Part shown: positions 53,935-64,000 of the stretch, in pieces
Position numbering within the stretch: position 1 is the first letter of the stretch
Layout: every line of letters starts with the position of its first letter
Source of the DNA: Eledone cirrhosa
Taxonomy: Eukaryota
DNA length: 64,000 bases
Direction: 5' to 3'
NCBI GenBank assembly: GCA_964016885.1
Contig: OZ024743.1
Location: 191,084,001 to 191,148,000 of the forward strand
The notes under the pieces: generated by a model
Told to the model about the DNA's origin: nothing
The model's database searches: none
The model's input: only the letters and a program-made list of their open reading frames with translations
Made by a program: the position numbers and the translations under genes

Positions 53935-54923
53935 ATATTGTTATACTTGGGGAGGGTCATATTTGTGTAATAATATTGCCAGAATTAATAACAGAACACA
54001 CTGAGAACACATTTTAAGAAAGCCCACTGTACTAATAGGAAATGTATCATATGTAAAGTAAACCCCTGGATAAACTGTAAAACTAGAAACGTAGTCTATA
54101 GCATAAGATGTACAGAGGGTACTTGCAGAAACATGACAACAACATACATAGGCGAGAGAGCTCGTAGCATAGGTGAAAGGATAGACCAACACTGGGGGGA
54201 ACTAAAAGGACGAAAAAACGGTTCAGTACTATACGAACATGCCAGACAACAACAACACGACGGTAACATAGACAACATAGAAATTAGAATAATATCTAAA
54301 CATAGAAATGACCCAGCAGATAGGCAAATCAGAGAGGCCAGCGAAATAGAACTTAGAAGGCCAAGGCTAAACAGAAAAAATGAATGGAATAACAACAACA
54401 CCCAAACAAACAACACTGACCTAAGAGAAGTATAAATAAATAAATAAATAAATACATACACAAGCACAATAACAACCAACGCATATAAACACACACTAGT
54501 AAACTAAGATAGAATAAAATAACCAATACACAGTCACCCAAACACGATCACACATAAAACAAAACACTATACCCACACGCAAACGCATGCGCGGAGAAGA
54601 CAAAAAAAACAACAAATAAATAAATAAATAACAGACTAAATAAAGATGGCGTAGGCATACAATGCAACGGGAGGAAACATAATACCACCACTGAGAAAGT
54701 TGTAGATGTGCAACGAAAGAACTTTCTTAGACAATATATATCGGTTTGTGTCTATATTGTATCTGTATTTTTGACCGTTGGTCAGCCAATGGTAACATTG
54801 AGGACCGAATAAATTAAATTAACCGATATAAAGGACACAGAAGCGAAAACCAACCAAACAGTGAGTGTGTTCTGTTATTAATTCTGGCAATATTATTACA
54901 CAAATATGACCCTCCCCAAGTAT

Positions 54924-54930
<7 letters not shown>
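53935..54930 (+). mobile_element. 5'-truncated Penelope-like element with ~68-bp inverted terminus
   Basis: GIY-YIG: NVVYSIRCTEGTC..TYIGERARSIGERIDQH...RQIREASEIELRRPRLNRKNEW. 53935-54002 is the reverse complement of 54864-54931. Confidence 0.85.
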
Positions 54931-54974
<44 letters not shown>

Positions 54975-54981
<7 letters not shown>

Positions 54982-55640
54982 AGATGAAATCGAAAATGCA
55001 ACTGGAGTCTTGTTTTTTTTTAAATATATATATTTATTTGGTTCCTTTACCGGTTTCGCAGTTCTTATGCTTTTCAAAAGTAGAGTTGAAGTGGATAGTC
55101 TGTGGTTTTTCTCACATCTAGTCGGTCTTTGAATGTTACTTCTTTTATATGGAAAAAAGTGGCTCGAAAGGCCAGGTTTTTAGAGAAGTAATTTGATTGG
55201 TTGGTCAATAATTATAATAAATTTCGCGCCAGTTCGCGTTACAAAGTTCTTCAAACAAAGGGGGGGGGGCTCAGCTTGTTTTTCATATATGAGTGTTTGA
55301 ATTTCTTTTTACTTTAAAAAAAAGGGGCTCACGAAGAATTTTATGACAAGCAAAAGATAATGGTCAATAGAAATGGGATGAGAGAATTGTTCTGGTTCAG
55401 TGAATATGGTTAGTTCGCTGGGGTGTCAGAATTCAGATTTTCTATTGATATAAAGAAAGTAAAAATATGTATGTTTATTTGTGTGCTTGTGTGTGTGTGT
55501 GTTTGAATTTCTTTTTACTTAAAAAAAGAGGGCTCACAAAGGCTTCTTTTTAATAAACGTAATTTGATTAGATATAAATGAAATTATGGCTGTTACGTGA
55601 GCAAGTTTTCATTAAATTTCGCGCCCGCATTTGGAAATGT
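54975..55640 (-). mobile_element. ORF-less element with U3-A8 HHR (55045-55080); diverged relative at 16310-16830
   Basis: Reverse complement: ctt TTGAAAA gca taagaac tgc GAAA ccggt A aag, then AATAAA. Shares its terminus and TAATTTGAT...TTTCGCGCC repeats with 16310-16830. Confidence 0.6.
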
Positions 55641-55663
55641 ATTCTGTATATATATATATATTT

Positions 55664-55705
<42 letters not shown>

Positions 55706-55919
55706 AGTGTGTGTGTGTGTGTATTTATACACTTATATATTTATAATCTTTCTTTCTTCTTTCATCAGCCTCACTTTCATATTTCTTATATTTTTGTTTT
55801 CCAATCCACATTTATTAAAAATACCAGGATTTTTTCATTCTGATGACTGAAAGCAGATTTGCTTGCTTTCAAGAAACCACTGGTAAATGAAATAATTATC
55901 TTGTTGTTTATTACATAAC

Positions 55920-56013
<94 letters not shown>

Positions 56014-56015
<2 letters not shown>

Positions 56016-56339
56016 CGCTCTACGTGGCTGAATACTCTGGATCTGGTAATATACAGATCTGACTGATCTGCCAGTCTGCTAATATGCAAATCAGGCCAAT
56101 CAGTCGCAGTATAATTTAGTAAATAGCATATATTTCAACTAGCTCAGACATTTGGCTGGTGAACACTGAGCTATACTGATGAAGGTTGATACGCAGAAAC
56201 ATTAGTGTCTGCAGTTCTATTTACATGCCAACACCAGAGCAAGAATGAAGGGTTCATTCTATTGACATGGCTTTAGAAATGAGGTTATTTGCATAATTGT
56301 AAATGAATCGAATGTTATTAATGTTCGAAAAACTCACAT

Positions 56340-56343
<4 letters not shown>
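56014..56343 (+). mobile_element. Second copy of the 17.0-kb HHR element (HHR 56159-56224)
   Basis: Aligns with 16980-17190. 56014-56035 is the reverse complement of 17198-17219. Confidence 0.72.
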
Positions 56344-56397
<54 letters not shown>

Positions 56398-56399
56398 AT

Positions 56400-58565
56400 G
56401 ATATTAAATAAATGGAAACTATATTTATAAAACCATATTTATTCTATTATATTTATTTCACGGGTACCAAAATGTGGTACGCTTTCATCAGATAAAATAC
56501 AAAGTTTGTTTTATAAATTTTGACATAACCAAGAAAAGATACCTTAACGGTTCAAGTTTTCCTTGGATAGTGAAAGGATAAGAGAAGAAAAGTGAGATAT
56601 TTCAAATTATTAAGATGAGTATGCAAATGAGATTGAGGTATAAGGCTGAAAATACGTTATTTTAGACGCTATGCAGAATTTAAATAATTAGAATATATGT
56701 ATGTATAAGTAGGAAGAAAAAAAGGAAGAATAGCTTGTATTTAAAAGGATTAACAATTTGGGGGAATGGTGGAATATGATTCCAGAATTTAAATTTATTT
56801 AGCTATATTATTATATATATTGTATATATAATCAATTAGATTATATGAAAAATTATGGTTGTAAGTATATTTTATCTTATTACATTACAATAGGTTATAA
56901 TTATATAAATATCTATATAGATTAATAATTGTGCATGTATAAATATTATAGAAATAGAAATAATTTACAATTATTAGTTGTTTACATTTCTAATATGAGT
57001 TACGAAGGAAGTTGATTTTGCCTTTTACATAAAAAAACAGGTGGTTCTAGTTGTAAGAGGAGAACATTTTGTAGATATAATTTATCGTACATATTATATT
57101 ATAATGTTTATGTTTGCACTATTGAAAAGGGAAAGATAACTCCAATCTTGTTTGTTAACCGTTAAATTTGATGAATGATTTACTCAGAAAATATATAGAG
57201 AAAATTATATATTATTTCGTGTGAGATTAATTATTTTAGTCGAAAGATGTGTGAAAGTTTGAAGATCAAAAGGAGAGGAAAAACGTAATGTGCATTTCGA
57301 AGAACTATTGTAAAGAGGATACATTTTCAGAATGTCAATTAAAGATTATTAATCTACATCTAAAAGAATATTAGGAAAATAATGTCAGAAGTAAAAAATA
57401 TTGTCAGAAGTAAAGAATATTGCCAGTAGTAAAAGATATTAAAGAATATATATTAAACAAATTAAAAACTTAATGTCAAAAAGATAAAAATAGTAGATAT
57501 ATTAAGAAATTAAGAAGGAAGATCATTTAAAAAATTAACATTTAAATTTTTAAAGAAAATATGATCATTTTGAAGGTGTATAGATATAGTCAAGTGTAAT
57601 GAATATCATAAATTAAAAATACTTCTGAAAGTGGAATTTTGGCGATATCTGCAAGAAGAAAATAATTCTGCTTTAAGATTAATAGAGTTTTGACAGTTAA
57701 TTATATAAAAAAATGTCCTCGATACACAAGTTACAGCAGAATCTTGAGATAGCCATATTTCGGTATGCAGATGCTTTCGAAATCGTTCCCCAAGATATTG
57801 AATAGTCTATATTGTTGTCTTGTAAGCTCCAAATTAAATGTGAAAATTAAGTGGAAGATTTGTTTTCGGATCTCTTAAATGTGTGTTAATGGTTACACCA
57901 GCGTTCTTTGAATTTTGTAGAAGTGGCACCAATATAGTTAAATACTTTGTTTCTGGTTTTAACTGTGCATTTATAAATTATGTTTTTGTCTAAGCAATTA
58001 TTTTGTAAAGGGCAGTTTGATTTAATTCTACAGTCACATTTTCTGGAGTTGTTGTTAGGAACGGTACTATTATTCTGAATATTGTTGTTCGAAATATTAT
58101 TATTGCTATTTTGGTTAGTTTGGTTAGAGTTTAAATTTAAGTTTCTATTCTATTTATATTTTGTGCTATTTTCATAGTAGTAGAGTAGGATAGTTTTATA
58201 GTGTGTCTGTTAAAAATAGAGTGATATCTGTGGGCTTTAGGAACAGATTTATCTAGTGCTTTAAAGAATAGCTTTGCTAAAGGTGTTTTAAGACTTAATG
58301 AGAATGGGAGAGAGTACCAAATAATATTTCTAGTTCTAGTTTGTTGTTTGGTGTTTAAGTCAAATTGTTTATTATTATTATAATTAATTCTAGGAGGATT
58401 TGTCATGTTATTGTTATCTATGTATTCCTTCTTCCTACTCATACATATATCCTAATTATTTTAATTCTGCATAGCGTCTAAAATAACGTTTTTCAGCCCT
58501 ATACCTCAGCCTCATTTGCATACTCATCTTAATAATTTGAAATATCTAACTTTTCTTCTCTTTTG
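56400..58565 (-). mobile_element. 5'-truncated Penelope-like element (same family as 48.6 kb), with 5' inversion and HHR 56443-56496
   Basis: RTRNIIWYSLPFS...IFNRHTIKLSYSTT, KCDCRIKSNCPLQNNCL, YIGATSTKFKERW. 58428-58561 is inverted at 56580-56720. HHR: tttat CTGATGA...GAAA taaata TA ataga. Confidence 0.88.
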
Positions 58566-58655
<90 letters not shown>

Positions 58656-60554
58656 TACATATATAAGAGCTAGATTCCCGCCGCTCGAATACTGGCACCT
58701 GTATACATTATATGTATGTATAATATATATACTGACACCTGTATAACATTATATGTGTGTATAATATATAAATGTGTGTGTGTGTGTATGTGTGAATGTA
58801 TCTATTTGTGTATGTATATATTTATGTAAGCAGTTCACAAAGAGGTACGTGATCCTATGTATGTGCCAAGTGAAAATGAAGCCATAACCAGATTTTTATC
58901 TTGTTTGATCCTTCAAACCTATTATCACATTGTTTCCATTTGCAAGTATTCGGTCTTTCCCGCAGGCAATGAATCTACATCATCCAATGGGTTATTTATG
59001 TTTTTATGAAGAAAATATTGAATGATTTGTGAACGATTTGACTGATATTTCTAGCAAGTACAGCCAGTCTTAGAAACCACTTCCTCTCATCGTGTGGATG
59101 CGACTGACATCTAGAATATATTCCTTGTATCATTACGTTACTATCGTATAAATGCGACTGACTACTTCATCCTGAAATATTTTATTCCTTAACGTACTTA
59201 TGTATGCTCTCAATTAATATCCAACCCTCTTGAGAAAATTGCACTTCCATATGGAAATTTATTATCTCTGCTCTGAGGAAACAGCCTTATTAATATCATA
59301 TATACAAGTACTTTTCCGTGCTTCATACATCATTTGTGACATTAACTATCCGTCTGCCATATTACTTAATTCTCAGCGTTATATGTGCAACAGATTTTAT
59401 TATATAAAACGTCTGGTATATATCAAACTAGATTTATATGAAGGTCCATTGCAATATCATGTGCCTATAAACGGAAAGCGTTACATCTAATACAAAATGG
59501 GTATCGGGAAAACTAAACACAATTAGATAAATAATTAACATATTGTATAGCTTGTTTAATTGTAACCTTCTACATGAATGTGTTTACTTATATAAGCTCT
59601 GTAATTAATACTGCAGTGTTATATGTTATTTTGTGTAATATTCTCTAATCTATTTCTCATAAATTCATACAGTATTTTATGAGTATTGATTCCCGAAATT
59701 TCAAGTATCGTATCAACTTACACCTCCATAGTTAAGTGATTACAAACAAATATTGACATCTGTCTACCATAGCTACAAGGCTCATTAACGTTCCAACCTA
59801 TATTTATAAATATAAACTATAACATGTTCCAGTCTCAAAACAGATATGTTGTTAAATATACTCACATGTTTGTAGAGAATGCTACATAAACCATTAAAGG
59901 CTCATTTTCTTTATTAAATAAGCACTGGAATTAAGTATTTTCACGTTGTTGGAATCAAGTAAAGTCATTTCTGCGTTTGATGGTTTATCCAATTACTGGT
60001 TAGAGTAGGTTCCAGAAAAGAAATGTCCATTTGTCAGTCAATCGATCTGTGAAAATTCTATTTATTTTTACAAAGCAATCGATATTTAAAATATATATGT
60101 TCAATTGGTATAAAAGTGTATATTATTTGAAATTCATTTTGGAAGTGAACATCAAACCTAGCAAAGTTGTGACTGGGATTTCGTCCGGGTATTTAGCTCG
60201 TTTTGTCCCTACGTATACTGAGAATATTTCGAATAAACACTTAAAGCATGGTAGAGTCTATCATTTTTTAACAGAGTGGTGTGACATACTTTAGATTTTG
60301 ATGCATCCACTTAGACGACGTCTCTAACATCTCGTATGTGAATGCCTCAGAAGGAGGATCATGTGCAGACAAATATATTTAGCGCAAGACCTATTTCAGC
60401 TATAAACAATTATCTTCCTTAAAAATAAATTACAGATGTTTCTGTGTTAACTTTCCTCGGGAACAGCAAATGTATGAATGTTACTTTTTTAGTATATTTT
60501 CTTTATAACATTCCAATACATATTTCTGACCTTGCTTCATTGTAAGAAAATAAA

Positions 60555-60697
60555 TGTTTCTAATTTTGGGACAAGGCCAGCAATTATCCCAGTGTATTAC
60601 TGGTACTTTATTTTATCGACACCGTAAGTATGAACGGAAAAGTTAAGCTCGGCGGGATTTGAACTCAGAATGGCAAGAGCCGTAACTCTATGCGTCA
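60555..60697 (-). mobile_element. tRNA-derived SINE (head truncated)
   Basis: Core and B box on the minus strand. Confidence 0.8.
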
Positions 60698-61234
60698 ATA
60701 TTTATATATATATATGGGGGCGGATGAGTGTGTGTGCGTGTGTAAGTGCGTGTATGTGTTGATGTCTGTGTGTTTCTGTATTTGAGTTTCACGACATGGA
60801 GAGTACAGATTAATAGATGTTTACATTTCATATCCATTATTTAATGTAAATATGCTGCCAATAGTGATTACATTTTGTATTATGTGTCCGAAGTAATATA
60901 TATTCAACATTTATATTTCTTGAAAAAAACCTGCTATAATAATCATCTTTCTTATATATTGTTCAGAGCAAAAACATTTTACTATAGTTTCACTATTTTG
61001 TTTTATATAGTGTAGTTAAGTATGGTATAATTAATAACATGCATTATTTTCTATTATTCTTTTAGTTATTGCAACATTAAACTGTGAAAGTGTGGGTGAA
61101 TTGGACATATTATTTATTTCAAATCAGTACTTATTTATCGCCCTTATTTCGAAACACTCTGAAATAACACCAATTTCAGAAACAATATCTATAATAATAG
61201 TAGCTCTGGAAATGCAAATAAAACATACGAACAG

Positions 61235-61428
61235 ATACATAAACTAGCCACAGGACTTACAGATATATTAAGGCCTACAAAAAATAACGCTACTAGGTAC
61301 CGCACACATTACGAAGAGTACTCTCAATACAATAGAACAAACACCACCAAAAACCAAACTGCACATACCCAAGGCGCACAGAGTTGAGCTCGGCAATGCA
61401 GTGATAACGCACAAAATAATAATAATAA
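61235..61428 (+). mobile_element. Extreme 3' end of a second R4/Dong family with (TAA)n tail
   Basis: LQKITLLGTAHI..RVLSI motif, short UTR, AATAATAATAATAA. Confidence 0.6.
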
Positions 61429-62740
61429 AGATGAAAATAAACTCAGCGCAGTTTATTCATTCGGGCCATGCTCACCTCTCTCAGCCATCTTTCAACAAAC
61501 TGCTCGACGAGTGCGTGCATGATGGTTTCGTCGCCCTGTGCGTATCTCGGACAGGTCCGGCTGACAGTACTTCCATGTTTGTGGAGTTTATTCCGGACTA
61601 GCAAAGCATCTCGGTAGCACTGACAGGCCAGGGATTTCTGGAAATTATCCATGGGCCCCGACCCGAACGTTCTCCGCAAGAGATTGGCTAGTTGATTTTC
61701 GTCGATTCCAGATACCCGCAAGAGAGTGGCAAATTGATTTCCATCAATACCAGTGGCTCCCCAAGCACGTTGTCGCTCTTAACCTCCACTAACCCACTAT
61801 AGAACGCCAACGTAAGGTTTCCATAGATCGTAGTGCCCGATGAGCTGAGGGCTGTGAGCGCCTGAAGACTGTAGCTCAGTCAAGGAGACGAGCTGGGGAA
61901 AACCGCGTCTAGCAAACGGCGACCACACCTTTTCACCCTCAAGGAAGAGCTGCAGATTTCGTAGCTTCAGCGCATGATTGCCCTTCATCAGCCAGGGTAT
62001 TCCCAGCCCTCCACGTAGCGGATGTTGACAACAGATGGACTGCCTGACCACCGGAGCGCGTCCCATCCACAAAATACGAAAGAGCAAATATCTACGTCCG
62101 TTGACCTGAGGTGGCTGAGCAGGTGACCCTGCTTCCATGACGACCCCATGCCATGTGCATTTACGCTGCCTATTCTGAGTAAGGCCATGTTGAAAAAAGA
62201 GTAGGCAAAATTGGGAAAGATCACTTGCCTTAGTCCTTTGGAGTAAAGACGGTTTCTCGGTCCTTCTGGCTGGTTGTGGCCCTCTCCGTAAGGATGAGTT
62301 TGTATATCCACCTGGAGAGGGTTTCACAGAAATCTTCAATGACGTTGGCGTATTTTCCTTTTAAGAGGGTATATGTCTTTTGTGAGATGCGTGTTATTTT
62401 TGAGCCCACACGGCTCCCTGAGCCTTTTGTACCAGGGACTCCGAGGCCCACCCGACCCGGCGTGTCGTTACGCTAATTGAACGGCATGATACCATACATA
62501 GACATCGGGGTTCTATGATGTTTGATGTAGGAGTGAGGCTGATCCAGTGTCCATTTTATTTATCATTTATCTGGCCTCATCTATTTCCTCGTGTGTCACC
62601 GTAACCGTTTCATTTTTTTTTTTTTTTTTGCAGCTCTCACAAAAGCGACGTTGGGTCTTGCGCTGCTATTGCTGTTGTTGTTATTCTTATTGTTGCTGTT
62701 GATTTCTGTGGTTATTGTTGTTCCTGTCATTGCTCTTGCC
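61428..62740 (-). mobile_element. Heavily deleted Tx1 copy
   Basis: GPMDNFQKSLACQCYRDALLVRNKLHKHG, LRIGSVNAHGMGSSWKQGHLLSHLRS, and ORF1 remnants near 62550-62700. Confidence 0.85.
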
Positions 62741-62882
62741 AATTTCGTGGCTTAATACCAGAACAGAACGCTATTGAAGCATTTCTCATCTATGTGGATG
62801 TAAATACGTCTCATAATTGGGTGTTGTATTAGAAGACTACAGCAATACAAAAGGGACACCATTATATCCTCTGATCTTTACG

Positions 62883-63002
62883 ATCTGAGTTCAAATCCGG
62901 CCGAGGTTAACTTTGCCTTTCATTATTACGGGGTCGATAAAATAAAGTACCAGTAATGTACTGGGTAATTGCTGGCCTTGTGCCTAAAATAGAAAAAATT
63001 AT
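62883..63002 (+). mobile_element. tRNA-derived SINE (from the B box onward)
   Basis: GAGTTCAAATCC, core and tail. Confidence 0.82.
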
Positions 63003-63688
63003 ATCCTCTGATATTGCAATCAGCTTACTGTAAAATAGAAAGATCTATTAACTTGCTTCTGGGTGATTTAGTTGAACGAATATTTGGCAGAGGATAAAAT
63101 CTTTACAATTTGTAGTTCTAGATATATTACATAGCGACAGTGTAATTAAATGTGTACTAATGACCTAGTAGTTAATGCAACCATGATTATCATCGACATC
63201 AAGGTGATAATGATAGTTTTCTTTGATGTAATATATAATATACATTCTGTATATGACGATACTATATTTAGGGGTAATAGGTTTGGCATAGAGTGAGAAT
63301 TTACTTTGAGAATTTTATATTAGATACATTTTTGATGAACTCAATGATAAAATATATTTTGAATATTGGAATGCGGGGGAGGATTCCTGGAAAAATAATA
63401 AAAGTAACTATATGAGAAATAATGATAGAGTTTGAATTTATTATCAGCATAGAAATGTATAGGATGATGGATAGTTATAGTAAAAATGATTTCTTTAATG
63501 GGAATGTATGTTTTTGAATATTCCCTTAATTTTACAAATAATTTTATATATTGGAACTGCGTATTTCATTTATTTTTTGTCTTATTTTTCATTTATGTAT
63601 GTATTATTCATTTATGTATGTGTGCACTATCATACGAAATAAGTAATAAATTAGTATCACAGAAAATATGATTCCACTGTCTATTTTG

Positions 63689-63733
<45 letters not shown>

Positions 63734-64000
63734 GCCACCTAATAAACAAAATCAAAAGATGTAAATTCAAATCACAAACTACCTGCTATTTATTTACCCA
63801 AAGAGAGCAACATTTGAAACATTGAAACAATGTTTATTTATAACATCTTTTGTACAATTATATCAAAGAAATCGTGTTTAAAAAATTAAATATTTTTTAG
63901 AGTAAATGTTTACGAAATTCATCGACAAACTATAATTGAGTATACCCAAAAATATATTGATTATTTATATATTTATAACAAAATGTTTTAATATTTTATT

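Noticed and set aside
54687-54790. HHR-like cca CTGAGAA a gttg..caac GAAA (and TTGATGA t atcaca..tgtgat GAAA at 31569)
   Set aside because: Half of the core and stem II are present, but I could not find stem III, a UH site or a stem I partner, so it is not called as a ribozyme.
48620-58565. Selenocysteine recoding/SECIS, as reported for some Naiad Penelope elements
   Set aside because: The conserved Cys positions I could read (CKCR..C..C, CDCR..CPL..C, CQLC, CNLC) are not TGA, and I found no convincing SECIS by eye.

Overview
AT-rich, repeat-dominated animal genomic DNA, most likely an octopus or related cephalopod (inferred from the tRNA-derived SINE family and the (TA)n/(CA)n/(ATT)n landscape). 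No host protein-coding gene is confidently visible, and most listed ORFs are microsatellite artefacts. The window contains: three Tx1/L1-clade LINEs (one near full length, 23474-29459); five R4/Dong-type RLE LINE remnants; two RTE-clade fragments; at least six Penelope-like (GIY-YIG) elements, several with 5' inverted terminal copies; about 12 copies of one tRNA-derived SINE; and two hAT MITEs with 8-bp TSDs. The most notable signal is a dense set of about 20 type I hammerhead ribozyme (HHR) motifs from at least 10 sequence families. They lie in Penelope termini and in short ORF-less, partly tandem or circularly permuted ~320-420 bp units that resemble retrozymes. Several have non-canonical cores (U3-A8, A4), palindromic stem III or enlarged stem II. 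All folds were read by eye, and catalytic activity and expression are untested. Element boundaries are approximate.
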